A stretch of DNA of 64,000 bases from Bigelowiella natans CCMP2755 (lineage: Eukaryota; Protista; Cercozoa), in contig ADNK01001636.1 of the NCBI GenBank assembly GCA_000320545.1, positions 52,495 to 116,494 on the forward strand. The letters are read 5' to 3'. Below, in pieces: positions 29,001 through 42,557 of this stretch. Every line of letters begins with the position of its first letter. Within the stretch, counting starts at the first letter, position 1. Made by a program: the position numbers and the translations under genes. Below the pieces are notes generated by a model. That model saw only the letters and a program-made list of their open reading frames with translations. It made no database searches and was not told the origin of the DNA.

Positions 29001-29463
29001 CTCAACAACTCTGGGTTGTTATTTTACTCGCCATTCTGGAAATGATTTCACTGACTGCTGTGACTGTTAAAGTATCCCATGCTTGACACAATCGGCATCA
29101 TCTCGCTCTCTTTCCTCTCCCTCTCTCTTTCTTTCTTTCTCTCTGTTTCTCACTTCCTCTCTCTCTTCTCACCAGGGGAGGACGAGTACGAGCTGTCGTC
29201 AACGCCTGAAGGGAGCTCGAAACAGTACGTAATAACACCAATAAGAATCGTCAATGTCCTTTATTTTCCCTGTGGAAATGATGTCATCGGCGTTGTGCAA
29301 CTACAGATACAGTCTAAGGCTGAGAATCTCCAAAAAGAAAATATGCCAGGGTGCTATTAATGCTTTCGAGAGCATGGCGGGGAAATCCGCTCCAGCTGCA
29401 CCGGAAACGGCGTCATCGATGAGCGCAGCTGGAGAGGACTCTCCAGATGTCCTCTTAGATTAG
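26006..29463 (+). CDS. Rubisco LSMT-like SET-domain methyltransferase with bipartite (signal plus transit-like) leader
   Basis: Leader MPPPSTGRWLGALVAFSLAVICSSSA followed by an R/S-rich stretch. Exons give RGLYAKQSFKEGEVILRVPL, WALNIASSRA, LVPGVDLCNHD and LIADRDIEAGE|EIKFTYARVPNEVLYAYYGFVPESNPYD. 3' end uncertain. Confidence 0.85.
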
Positions 29464-30393
29464 TTTTCAGATTTCGTCTGATGAGAGATGTAAGCAACAA
29501 AACCATGAGTTGCATACAGCACAAGCCTCACGCCAGCATGCCACGTGCCTGGCACGGAGAAATGAGATACTTCTGCATGTGAGGTTGCCTTGATCCCATG
29601 CGCTAACCGGTATGCATGAATGCTTAGTCCATGGTGGCGATTATGATATCTATATAACTGTGTCTATAATGATTCGCACTGCATCCAAATTCTGATCACG
29701 CGCAGATCCAGGGATTGAATTGATGTACCATTTCGCATGCATCATGGCATGTGGTCGCACAGCGAGCAGAAGCTCAAGCCTGGTTAAGTTTGCTGCTAAT
29801 ACGCATATATAAACTCATCGTGTATACGTGCATTGCACCTTGGGCTTCCGCCTCATTTAATTTGTGAGCAACTATAGCTGCGTAACGCGTATACATGGCT
29901 AGATGTAGTGTAATGATAGGAACGTGCATTGGGGCATGTATTTTTTGGCTTTACTTCTGTGCGTGCGCATTATAGCCTGTATGCAACATTGGGCAGCTAA
30001 AGCGAGCATGTACGTCAAGATGTGTGTCGTTGGATTGGTTGAGATTTTCGTATGCACACATCTGGACACTGTTCGCCGCGATATGCACGTGTACGTGCCA
30101 CGCGATTCGATCTCTATATCAATGTGCACATGGGATGAAATAAAGCAGGGACAAAATTTTTGCGAGTTGCGCGGAGGGGACGTTACTAAGTTTGATCTTA
30201 GCAATTTAATTAATTTCAAATCATTTCCAACCTTCAATGTGTGCCGCTATTTTTTTGCAATAACAGCTGCTGCTATCCGTGAAGTGTGAACAGTGTAGCT
30301 CAAATCCATGCGCAATGTAACTAAATTCGGGACATTTCCCACAAATCTTTCATGCCCTTTTTTCTTCAGATAGAGTTGCTTTCAGGACTCGTC

Positions 30394-31008
30394 TGGATGA
30401 AAGCACCACCTTGTACTGTCCTTCATAAAGTCATTATCAGGCCTCGATAAGTCGTACCCATGACGGCGCAAAGCAGCAGCCAAGAGCTCTGGAGGAGCAT
30501 GTTAAGAACCTGAATAAATTTTACACACAATTATTAAAATGTTATCTACATAGGCTGATACATGCCCCCCCCCAACCCTCAGCGAACCTGCAAGAATTGC
30601 CGGGAAACTCATATTCCGAAGAGAACTGAAAGAACGGTAATTTCTGAACAATTTCTCTTCAACTAGTCTCGGACTACCCCATTTTGCAGGAATTTCCCCG
30701 GATTTTGGCATAAATCCCCTCTCTTTCTCAGGATGTCATTGTACATCCGGGAGTCATTCTGTCTGTCTATTAGTATCCGGTGGTGTCCGCAAACAATGAT
30801 GGATACATTCCCTGAAATCCCATTGGTTTTCACAGTTGCGACGTGATGAACATCGTGTCGCGACGCAATATTGTGAATGCTCGAAATATCCGATGGAAAA
30901 ACATGAGAGTGAGTACGCCAAGGAACCGGATACCAAGCACGAGATCACACGAGAAAGAAAGAAAGCAAACACAAGTGCCTCTGCAGGGGCACACGCCTGC
31001 TGCTGCAT
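30394..31008 (-). CDS. Possible small multi-exon hydrophobic protein
   Basis: MQQQACAPAEALVFAFFLSRVISCLVSG... can be spliced via GT-AG to YRQNDSRMYNDILRKRGDLCQNPGKFLQNG and further exons. The last exon frame is ambiguous and no domain is recognised. Confidence 0.3.
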
Positions 31009-31129
31009 TTTGTCTAGAACCAAAATACTCTCACATTCAGTTAAGGACCTTCTCCAATCCCAAGCCTGATTCCTTCAAGTAGGCCGCTTACCAACTTCTC
31101 CGGCTCGAGATGGTGCAAGAATCTTTCAG

Positions 31130-32413
31130 ATGATGGCACTCCGCTGCTTGGGGTACCTCCCAACTCCCGTCTTTCTTTTCATAGTTCTTCTTCTGGAGAT
31201 GCTGCAGAGCGTACATGCGTTATCAATTCGAAGAAGTCTTAAGGTGGTTGCCGCTGAAAGAGGAGAAATTCCATCGATGGAGGAACTCCGGGGTCGTTTA
31301 CGATCTGCAGTATCTTCGGGGCAACTACGGAAAATTGGTCGATCGGTGAGGTTAAACGACGATGGCACTGTTCCATCGCTGATTCGACGGCACTTGAACA
31401 ATAGTGGCCATTTTTCACAGCAAATCTCCACAGAGCCTTGGTTGAGTATCATAAACTCCACAGTAGCAGAGGTAAAAGAGCTACTCGGAACATCTTTGGT
31501 ATCCATTTCGTTGAGGGGGTCTTTAGCTTCTGGCTATGCTCAAGTTGGTGTAAGCGATGCCGATTTCATTGTAGTCTACAAAGAGGGAGACTATTACGGT
31601 ATTGGAGAGAACGACGACGGCAATAACGTGAAACGAGTGACACCTAAGTCCTTTACAGCTCAGAATTTACGCTCTGCCGCTGCCGCGTTAACATTAAAAC
31701 ATTCAGCAACTGTAACCAAGGTGGAGCTCGCTGCGATCCCTATCCGAGATCCTAAAGCCCTTAGAGCTATCGACAGTCTGCTATATTCTGCTACTCCTTC
31801 AGATTCGTTAGCTTCTATTCAGCTCTCGGCGAATGAAACTAAAGACATCCTTCAACTTCAAAAAGGTATCTTCTCGGGCATGAGCGACCTAGACAGAGCA
31901 TTCATGCTTAAAACTTCTGCTGTAAATGTTTGGGGACTGGATATGGCTTCCGCTCTCCCTGATGCAGCCGCACGCCCCCCTCCCCTCGAGCTTGGTGAGG
32001 TCCGAGCAGATGTCATGGAAGCGTTATATGCGAGCCGATCCATCTTGAAGAGGAACTCGAGTGATATCCACGCTGCAGAACGGCCTATTCGGTGGGCTCT
32101 CAAGCGATGTCTTCGGGCAGCAGCAGCACGCTTTTGTCCAGGATCTTATGCGCGAGATCTAGCTGTCTGTGCAAGCCTCGCTTCTAGGAGTCTCTCGCGC
32201 AACAGTGGGGATGATGACGATGGTGATGATGATGATGGTGTAGTGTGCGGCAGAAAAGGCCAAGGCGAAGCGGAAAGAGATAGTCAACTCCGCAATCGGC
32301 AGCTAATACAGGTGTACTGAAAATTGTAGAAGATTCTGTATCAGTATTCTTCGTAGCAGTAGTGGTAGTATGTGGCAGTAGCCATAGTTTCATGTGTGAG
32401 ATTGAGTGAGCGA

Positions 32414-32463
<50 letters not shown>

Positions 32464-32857
32464 GTGTGTGCGAGTCCGTGTTGTGTCTTTGTGGAAATTG
32501 TTCTGCCTAGATAGAAGCAAGAAAAGAAGTTACAAATGTTCTCCTGCATCATCAGACAGTGGTCACTATTCTAATGCTATCATTTCAAACATTCTCATAC
32601 AGGCATTGCTGCTAGCCACGTCGCCATCACCAGTACCACCATCCTTAGAAACATCCATCCTATTGCAGTCTCACACAACATCACTTCTATTTTCACTTTC
32701 TTCTTGGATATCTACTTCCTCTTCGGATAAAGCTACATCTAAATCGCCAATCACGAAAACAAGTGACGATCAATGTTCTACTTCGGACCCCCCCTTATTT
32801 GTACCGTCATTCATGAAGAGAATTGTGACGATAATGACGGGGCAAAAGATGCAGTGA
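31130..32857 (+). CDS. Pol-beta-like nucleotidyltransferase-domain protein (bacterial-type) with signal peptide, 2 exons
   Basis: SISLRGSLASGYAQVGVSDADFIVV fits the hG[GS]...DxD NTase signature; hydrophobic N-terminus; intron ~32312-32602 contains (TG)n. Confidence 0.8.
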
Positions 32858-33644
32858 TAGTCCTGCTTACCAAGTAGCTAAAAAGCATCTTGGATATGTA
32901 TCACATGGGTAAGGCTGCTACTCCGTCATCAGCCTATGTAATGGCTACAAAAGATACTAGCATAACAATTATTACACGCTACGATATTACCTGCATTTAT
33001 ATTTTTGCACGTACCATGAATAAGTGCTTCGCGATACGATGTTGTACGTCAAAAATCATCAAGCATGCACGTGCGCATTATTTGTCTTACTTTGATGTCG
33101 CAGCATGGCTCGGATCATAAAACATAGTTTAGGTACAATTTTCAGCTATATGGCATTCTTTAGTGTTGGTCAATACGTATTTACCTATAGTGTGACGATA
33201 TAGTCTTCGATATGCACACATAGCCTGCTAGTTAGGCGCTGTGCTATGTAACCAACATAAATAGTATGCGATACATCCCATAGCATATGGCGATATAGAT
33301 GCTATTATTATGTGAAGTTTGCTGCTCCAGACTTCGTGTGTGCGAAGATTTCTCGATATACACGATGCTAAATTCTTAGATATATTGCATGGCTGCCTGA
33401 CTCGCCCAGTGCTACGCGCGACGATATTATCTAAGTTCCAGCAGCTATGCTATGTAGACGTAATCGCAAGAGGCCTTTTAAATGGCAGCATTTTGTGCTT
33501 GCCTCATCATCATGCATGTATGCATGAATGCACTTATTACCAGTGCCTTATTAGAAAATCTTTGTTCTACGAAACGTTGAAACAGATGCTAATTCGAAAT
33601 ATGGTGTATAGATCTACAGCAGGCGTATTGGCCAGCTCTTAAAC

Positions 33645-36348
33645 CTACTCATACTGCCAGCGCGTCTTGTCAAAAACCTCTATAAGAGTACAGCCCTTCG
33701 AATCTCTATCCATGTTCATACAGCAAGACCAAACCTCGCAGTCCTAGGTGATAGCACAATTATCGTATTCAAATAATCATTAATGGGATATGCTCGAAGT
33801 ACATTTCATTCGAGTTTAGCATGAATAAGGAAAAACAGTGTCTACCTCGATCTTGCTGTATGCCCAATTACCGAGGTGTTCATAGCGACAAGCCCGTTTC
33901 GTGGGGTCTTTGCCTAATGTCCTGCCTCGTCTAGTCCCTGAGTTAGGAAGGAACGAACATTCAGATCCAATGGAAAGAAGAAAAGGGCAGTGGGGGAGGA
34001 AGAAAAAGAGGAAGGCAGCAACCTCCAATGTGGACGGTCGAGCCCCCGGCCCTGGGCTTGAATGCTTGCCCCTCTCGAACCGAGTAACATAGATTCGCAC
34101 CTCGCACAGTAGCCTTTGGCATCTACGAAAGATATATGAAATAAAACATCATCTACAGTGGAACATGAGGGGCACGATTGGCGTAATTTGCACAACCCTT
34201 TTCGCTGTCATCGTCGCCTCAAATTCCTTTCGGGCCAATGTCTTCGATTTTTCTTCCTGTGTAGGATGTATGTACATCAGCATGGGTCAAGCATAAGTTG
34301 GAGGCAAATAAACACTGGCGTCTCATTATACATTTTAGACACAAAGAGTAAGTACCTCTTGATTTTCCAAAAACTTGGTGAGTGTGTCGGGAGTGTATGT
34401 CGATTCAAGCGTCTTTTCTATTTGCTTGAAGTCGAATGAAGCCTGCGAGTTTCACAACGATGTTGCCCATAACATGTTTGAGTATGAGGGGCTGCAGATG
34501 ATCACTACATCTTCTTCATCGTGAACAACATAGGAAACATTTCTCTCCATCCTTCAAAAGTCGCAATAGCAGCTTGTACTCTCGTTGTCTACCTTTGGCT
34601 TGTCCCAAATCTTTTCCGCTTGATCCCTTCGGCAATCTTTCAGGAATTTGGCACGTTTTCTAAAGAAGAGGCATGATTGATGACAAGAAAATACACTTGA
34701 GGAATAACAGTCGCGGAAACAGCTATACGAAAGATATCAATTCTAGTAACCTTTCATTCTCAATTTTGAGTCGCTGTGTTCTCATACGTTCCTTTTCTCT
34801 CTGGATGAGAGTTAGACGCGGCTTCAAACTCATGCTCAGTATCGTCTGCGTTTTCGACTGCGAAATGAATCAAATAAAGAGAAGGGATCAAAATCAATTT
34901 AAATTGATCATGATAATGCAATCGAAAGCATGGCGTTTGTCGTCTTGGTGGAATGCTAAAGCAGAACATGTTCCAGAGTAAAATTTGAAAAGCTGAGAGA
35001 AAAGGAGAAGATCAGCGAGAAACACCGAACAGGATTTTCTTGGCATGCACTCAGAAATTGAACCCGTCAATTTCTGTCTGAATATCTATATCTGCAATTA
35101 CCGGATCGCATGTTTTCAGTCCAATATGATCTGGATCAGCCTGGGTAAAAAAATTGTGGGTGGACCATTAAAGAACCAATTCACGATGCGGAGCAAATTA
35201 CAAACCTTACGAACTTTTTCTCCAAGCATACCCGTATGGTTTTTCTCAAATCTATTGCAGCATAAACACCATGCGGGAGAAATTAGGACAGTACGCATGT
35301 AGAAACCATTAACGACTCCTTTCTCTTTACCATCCACAAAAATCGGAAAAGCAACATCAGCACCCAACTCGAGTTAGGCACTGGGGCATCAACATAATAA
35401 TATATACTTCTTATTCGAAATACGTTTGCCTGTGATTTTTATCGTAACATGTAGACATGCTTTGAGTGATTTCCTAAGGCTCTCAAATTTTATGTTCCCC
35501 GTGTTTACGCACTTGCTGCTCAGATTCCAATCCCCGTTCATTCTTTTTGACTCATCTTTTTCCTTCTGATAAATTTTGAGGCGAAAACACGAATTGGTAT
35601 TCGAGACGCAGGCCACAATAGATGTATTTTTTATCGTTCGCAACAGTGGAATCACGTCCGCAATAGCTACAAGCAAATTCCTGCGGGGCGCATACTGCAC
35701 CTCCATTTGGGATCTTTTCTTCCGGATGAGTGTATTATTTAACCTAAAAGTAAAAAAGGTCAAAGAGCTGAAAGACCCGATGCTCTTAAATGATTCAAGA
35801 TTATAGCATGTGTCCAGTCCAACTAGCACAACCTACCGTCCTTCTAAAGCAGAGTAGTATTTGTGGTCAGATCTATCGTCCCAAGGAGCAAGCGCCTTCC
35901 CTGAGAGCGTTCTGAAATCGAGGAGTGATCATGTGCATTATCGTTCACCAAGAAGATGGCTAATAATCATGGTTAATGATATACTTTACCCGTTGACAGC
36001 AACATCTGTGCGGAATTCCCTTCGGGCTGCAATCGGCGTTTCTGTCATGGCTAGTATTCTCTGACGTGCTGCTTTCTACAAATTTGGATCGTTATAAATT
36101 CAGCGTATCAAATTTTTGGAACGTGGAATAACGGATGGTTTGAAGGGGTTTCTCACCGCTTTGGCAGGCATATCGCTAGGGTGGAACACCCGCTCGCCGT
36201 TATTGTATGTCATTCTCCCATTTATGCTCCCTGTACCAAATTGAATTGTAAATGTTGCCCTCCGTGGAGTAAAACGATTATATAAATTTACACCTATTTG
36301 GAACTTGGCCTTCAGTATCTTTTTCCCGGTAGTCGGGTGCACCGCCAT
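33645..36348 (-). CDS. Uncharacterised multi-exon protein with C-terminal Btk-type zinc motif
   Basis: Short GT-AG introns join ...LIQREKERMRTQRLKIENE..., ASFDFKQIEKTLE... and CRYEHLGNWAYSKIE|DCEVWSCCMNMDRDSKGCTLIEVFDKTRWQYE*. Start (MAVHPTTG at 36348) is tentative. Confidence 0.6.
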
Positions 36349-36974
36349 GTTTCCAGTTCCTTCCTCAACAGAAAACTGAGCACACCAAGCGCAGGTGAGA
36401 ATTGAATTGGATTCAATGTACAGAATAGCGAGAGAGTGGAATTTTAAACAAATCCAGATTGTAGAATTACCCTTCAATTCGAATTTCACTGTGAGATGCT
36501 GAAATGAGGCGCAACCAGGGCCGTGTTCGTTCGAGAGCGAGAAGTTACTGGGGGGGACAAGTAGAACGCTGAAAAGCGACAAACCTCGAGAAACCCTTCG
36601 AAAGTAGAAGGAACTGCATTCTTTTCTAAATAGCGACATCAAAAATATATTGTCGTAACAGTAATCCAGAGCTTTGATTCTCATGCGTTTCCTTATCAAA
36701 ACGAAGTTAAAACGTTCGCCGTTCTAGGACAAATTCTTAACAAACCATCGGAATTCTCCTGAAAACGTCCTTCATTGTTACGACGTATAAAATTGTGGAA
36801 ATCCTTAGTGTTTTCCCATGACGACATAATAGAATATCAGAGTCTTACTGCATAGGGCCCTTCTCGGTAATTGTAATATTTCGAATTTGAATTCTTCCCC
36901 TGCCCTCGAATCTATGTGCATTCTGGGTTGAAATAATAATACCCTGGGGAGGGTGAGGAGGTTCAAGATCGAAT

Positions 36975-39508
36975 ATGGGAGCCTGGGAAAAGAGGTATAG
37001 AACGTTGCTACTCTGCTGCGTCATTGCCGCTGCGGTGGGGAGGCAATCAGAAAGGTCTTCGGCCTCTACCGCGTTGGATTTGGACGAAGGCACAGAAATT
37101 GATCTCTTCTCTTCGGTAGTGTCCTGATGATTTTCTAATCTCGTTCTAGATGTATGTTAACTCTTTAATGCGAAATTGGTGAACGGTTTGCTTTTATTAT
37201 GTCAATTGGATTTTTAAACCAATCTCCTCACGAGTACAATCGACATTAAAACTCTCAGAACTTCGTCTCCGACAGCGCACGCTTCCTTGACGAGTTTGAA
37301 AAGAATTCTTCAATCGGTTTTTCGGATACGACTGACAGCGTGAAAAAGGAAAATCCAATTTCCAAAGCATCATTGGCATCTCATTCGAAAAATCACAAGG
37401 AAGATAGGAACGATCCCGATCATCCCTCGCTGGAGCTTCGATTCCAGAGGGCAGGGGAGTCAGAGAAGCATTTAGGCAGCTTGGACAAGGGGGAAGGGGG
37501 GGGGAATTTATCGAGCAATAGCATCAACAGCAAGGGTAATAGCAGCAGCAGCAATGTGGTCCAAAATGCAAATGACGCGTTGAAGCTGGATACTGGCAAA
37601 GCTAAAAGTGCTAATTCTACTTTCACGTCGGTCCAGAAGAAGAAATCGGAGGGTAATAGTAAGGGCGAGGAAAAGGATGACGTGCTTTCCATATCCGAAG
37701 AAGATATGAAACGAGCCCACGATGCTCTTCTACAGACACAAAGAATTCTACAGTCAGCTAGAGCGAGAATGAAAAAGAAGAAGACGACGAACCCGAGTGC
37801 AAATAGGTTGCAGCAACCCGATCCTCGCGCTGATCGAGGGGTGCGCGATAATGATAAGCAAGAGCAAGCGCGAGGATTGAAAGGCGGCCGTCATCCGAAC
37901 GAGGAGGAGAAGGTAAAGCACTTAGTCCGAAAGCTTGAGGCAAAGCTTGCAGGAATGATGAAGCAGCGGTATGAGCATTTCGAATCGGCACTAAGAGGAC
38001 GACTTCAGAACGTGACTCTGGAACTTGAGAAGGCCACCCACAGAGCAAGAACGGCTGAGTCGCACCTGATGACTATGGCTCGCATGCATGAAAGAGAGGA
38101 ACGCCGCAGAAACCTGACGAATGCCGTGCGAGAAGCATCGGCTATGGTGAGATCGGCAAAGTCCGACTTGCTCAAGAAGCAACGGCATTTGCACGTACTC
38201 GAAGGTGCCATCATGCAGGAGAGGGGCAAGCAGAGCAACTACATCAACGCACTTATGGAGCTCAACGCGACAATGGTGGTGCTCCATGATTTCGAGACGG
38301 TCACAATCAGGAAGCTGCATCAGCGCCTCCTCGCGCTCAATGCGAAGCTCCGGAGCACATACTCGAGGCTCATCGAAGAGGCCGACCACGTCAACAACGT
38401 TGCTATGTACAAGAGTAAGTTAGCTGCCGTCGCAGAGTTCCGTGACTACCTCGAGAAGAGAATCAACCGAACCGAGACCACAGCTGCCAATCTCAGGGCC
38501 CAGATTCTGGCTGCCAGAAGAGCAAGGAGCTCAATCGAGAGCTCTACTGCTAACAAGACAGCGACGACTACGACGACGACAACGACTGAACATAAAACTG
38601 ACGCTGCAGCCCTTTCCTCTACTTCCTCCTCGCATCATGTCGCTGCTGCTGGTACTACTGGTGGTGGCAGCAATGAGAACAACAACAACCTCTTGAATAG
38701 CAACAGTAACAGTGGTCAGAAACAGAACGAGGATTCAAAGATGTTGCGATTCTTAGATCTGAGGGCACAACCTCAGCCTACTACGACAGTAAACGGAGCG
38801 AAGGAGAAGAACAGGATGGAGGTGGTGAAACGCCTCTCCAATGTGAAGCTCATGGAGCTCAAGGAACAAGTGGCCAACATGACCCGCGCACTGGTGGCAG
38901 CAGAGACACACGTTGGGGAGGTCCAGAAGCAGCTGAGCGCCGAGGAGCGGAAGTACTCCCTGGAACTAGAGCCGCTTCAGAAGAAAATCATCGCTCTGCG
39001 AAACAAGACCGCAGACATAAGAAAGGAGAAGAGTGCATTAGAGGTTCAAAAGACACAAATGTCGAACGACTTGAGGAAGACGCTAGTGAAGCTAGCAGCA
39101 GCGACGAAACTCCACGATCGTCTCTCTCGTCACCACAGCGAGGTTTTCGGCCAGACGGCAAAGCTGATTGACATGCACAAACAGGCTAAGGAGGCGGCGC
39201 ATGTAGCACTCGCGCTATCGAAGGAGGCTAAAGTATCCACACAGAGAGCTCTCCAGAAAGCAAAGGATGCATACAAAGCCCTTGAGATTGGCCAGCCGAA
39301 TCATTATCAGATGTTTTCGGGTGAATATCCCACTTCTACAACAGCTGCAAAGATACCGGACAGTCGCGTGGACGTTGAAAGCAGCCAGGAGTCCATTGTT
39401 GAAAACACGTTGGATTCTTCTGTAGATTTAGACAATTTAGCGCGACATCTCGATCAAATGCTCAACAAATATTCCTCTTTGCTAACGAAGCACAGAGAGC
39501 AAGATTAA
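36975..39508 (+). CDS. Secreted or extracellular long coiled-coil protein, 2 exons
   Basis: Exon 1 MGAWEKRYRTLLLCCVIAAAVG is a signal-peptide-like stretch; intron ~37116-37258; exon 2 runs in frame into the 722-aa heptad-rich ORF. Confidence 0.75.
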
Positions 39509-40554
39509 ACAAGTTTTATAGTTTCAAGCATTAGAATCAAACCGGGCGTTGATGTGTAAATGGTATATTTTTCATAATATTGTGTTGTCGCACATGTGCG
39601 TACGCAGCCTGTCATCTGTACATCCCTGCTGCATGTTGTTGTGTGTCTAGATGTGCAGCACAACTTCTTGATTTTTCCAAAATGACATGTTGCATCAAGA
39701 CATCAAGACACTCAACTGCTGTTAATCTGTCTCAAGTGAAGATGTGTGCAAAGTTGTCGCAACAAGCTATGTATCAAAGGGAGGACAATCACACTTATTC
39801 GTGCAATTGAGTTATATAGCAATTCAATCAAGATGACGACATGACCATTTATTTGCCTGCATTCATGCATGTGCGACATAACTTTGTATTGCTTGCATGA
39901 TATCAACTAAGCTGCGTCGCTTCAGCACCTAGTTTAGCACGTTTAGAGACGAGTTTCTAAACTAATATACTAAACTGTGGGTTGTGCAAAATGAGGCGGA
40001 CCATTACTTTGGGCCCTCATAAAAACCAAATTTGCGCAGCCATCTCCACGCGCAGATTTTGCACTCATTCAGGATTCAGGATCTTTCTCAGTTTGGGCAA
40101 ATATCACTGCTGCACGAGAACTCCATTCATTGCATTCAGTCGGCATCAGAGTCTGGCATGGCAAACACAGCTGCCACGTCGACAGGCACACACTTCTAGG
40201 CAGCTAGGCTCAGTGTACTGTTCTGTCGCCAGTGATTGAAAGTCGCTGTGGTATGCGCGAGGTGCACTGCCGATTTGTAAGCGCAGTGCAAATGTGTGCA
40301 CATGGCATCTGCCGATTGCAACAGCTATGATGCACATCGTGTTTGTGTAAATTGAGCTGTGTTCATCATTCTTCGATATCAAACAAGACACACATTCACC
40401 GACAAGGAAAACTTATCTCAAATAGACTTACCCCATCGTGCAGGCTTTGGAAACGGCTCGTAGCTTTTCTCACTCCACAGAGTACAATCATTCATTGTAC
40501 AAATTGATTCCACCAAAGCATCGTCAGCATTGGTTCCAATCTTTCGGCGTTTTA

Positions 40555-42526
40555 TTACATGTAGCCTCCAAGCTTTATTTCCCCACCATCCGGCGTCTTG
40601 CCATCGGATTTCCCACCATGAGAATCGCCCTCCTTAGCGCTAGTCTCAGTCGTAGCGGCAGTGTTGTCCTCACCGGTAGTAGCAGCAACCGCAGCCGCAA
40701 GAGCAGCATCTGCGGCTTCGATGGCATTTCTTCTCCGATCTGCACCTCCAAGAGGTGACTCGTTCTTCTTCTCCTCCTCATTCTTCTTATCTTTCATTAT
40801 TGGATGCTCAGCAGGAGCTTCTAGCTGTCTAGTACGCGTATCACTGTTGCGAAGGCTGCTGCTGCCGCTGCTGTAAGGAGGCCGCCCCGCGTTCGTCGAG
40901 ATAGCGGGGAAGGGAAGAGTGGAGGTCGATATTCGATTCGGAATGGGGGCAGCAGCAGTAGCAGCAGTAGCAGCTGGAGAGACACTTGTAGCACTCTTGA
41001 GCAAGTCTTCATTGCTCTCATCACTACTTCTACTGCTGCTGCTGCTGCTGCTGCTACTACTACTACTATTGCTAGTGTCGCAATTTATTGCTGAAGCAGA
41101 TTTGCCATTATTCTTCTTATTTTTGGCCTTGGCTCGGCGCCTCCTCCTGCTATCTTTAGAGCCATTATTACCATTGTTACTACTGCTACTACTACTGCTA
41201 CTACTACTGCTACTGCTACTACCATTGTTACTATTGCTACTACTATTGCTACTACCACCGCTATCACTACTACTCTTACTACGGTTATTGCGTTTGCTAT
41301 TACGGCCCCGACGACGATGATGCTCCTTGCTTTGGTCGCTTCTACTGCTACTGCTGCCTCTGTCTTGTCGAATGTGCGTGGAGGCAAGGTCGTTGTCTCT
41401 TGCAGCACGCACCGCTGCTATTGCGTCTTGCTGAGAGTCGAGTCTAGCCACCAACTGAAAGCAAACGTTCCGTAATTACAACGAGGTTGTGGCCATTTAT
41501 TTGTACATTCACATTCATTCATTTACTCATTTACTCAACTCATACCCAGGCAACAAGGCAATCGAAAACGATTGCTACCATCCTCACCACCATCATCTCC
41601 ACTCTCAGCACTTGCAAAGAACAAAGGAGGCTATTATTACATACGAACGACGAGGGGGATCAAAGGCATGCGCATTTGTCACCTCTGGAAAAAAACTCTT
41701 TACACTGCTGCTACTGATGTTACCAGACGACGACGATGACTACTACTAGAACTACTGCCATTACTACACTACTACTACTACTACTACTACAACTGCGATT
41801 ACTTCTGCTACTTACACCGACCTCTGTCTTGGCAGATAGTAATTCCGTCTGGATCCAAGTAATCCTGCTCATCACATCGTTGAGCGAGGCCTAGAGCAAA
41901 ACGTGATGGGGATGGTACTGATGATGATGGTGATGATGATAGCAGCGAAATGGTGGGGAGATACAGAAAAGCGCAAGAACGGGACAGCGACCGCACATGC
42001 ACAGAAAAACGTAGATGTTTTCGTGTTGATATTGATGCATAAGCAAGTAACACAATAGTCTTAATTGCTATTGTTGTTTCCAGATTGCATTGCGCGTGTG
42101 CGTGTATCTGTCTGTGAATTATGGCCCGAAAGGAAGGCAAGAACGCAGTCGCGTATCACGGCAAATCCACCTGTATTCCATTGAGAGACCCCATCTAACG
42201 CCACAATCCAGCGAAACAAATAAATAAGCAAAACGTGAGGGTATACATCACCGGCAGCAGAAATCGATAAATCTTGTTGTCGTTACGCGCACCAACGAAT
42301 ATACATTCACTCATTCATTCATTCATACATACGTACAGCACAAAGACATCGAATTCCTAAGAAGAAAATGTCCTCGAAACGCAAAGGAGGCTGGGGGGGG
42401 GGGGTTGCGTGCGGGGGGTAGAAACTATTCTATTTTCACGCATAGTAACACCAATTCTGAGAGGCTCTGATTCTGTTGGTTCACATGAGTAATTGACTGC
42501 TAGACGTAGCACGATAGCCGCACAAA

Positions 42527-42557
<31 letters not shown>

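Noticed and set aside
36845-37379. Minus-strand ORFs as 5' exons of the Btk-motif gene
   Set aside because: They are antisense to the signal-peptide exon and second exon of the plus-strand coiled-coil gene, which splice cleanly.
39984-40064. gtgcaaaat...attttgcac inverted repeat
   Set aside because: Only about 9 bp of clean pairing, compatible with chance in TGCA-rich DNA.
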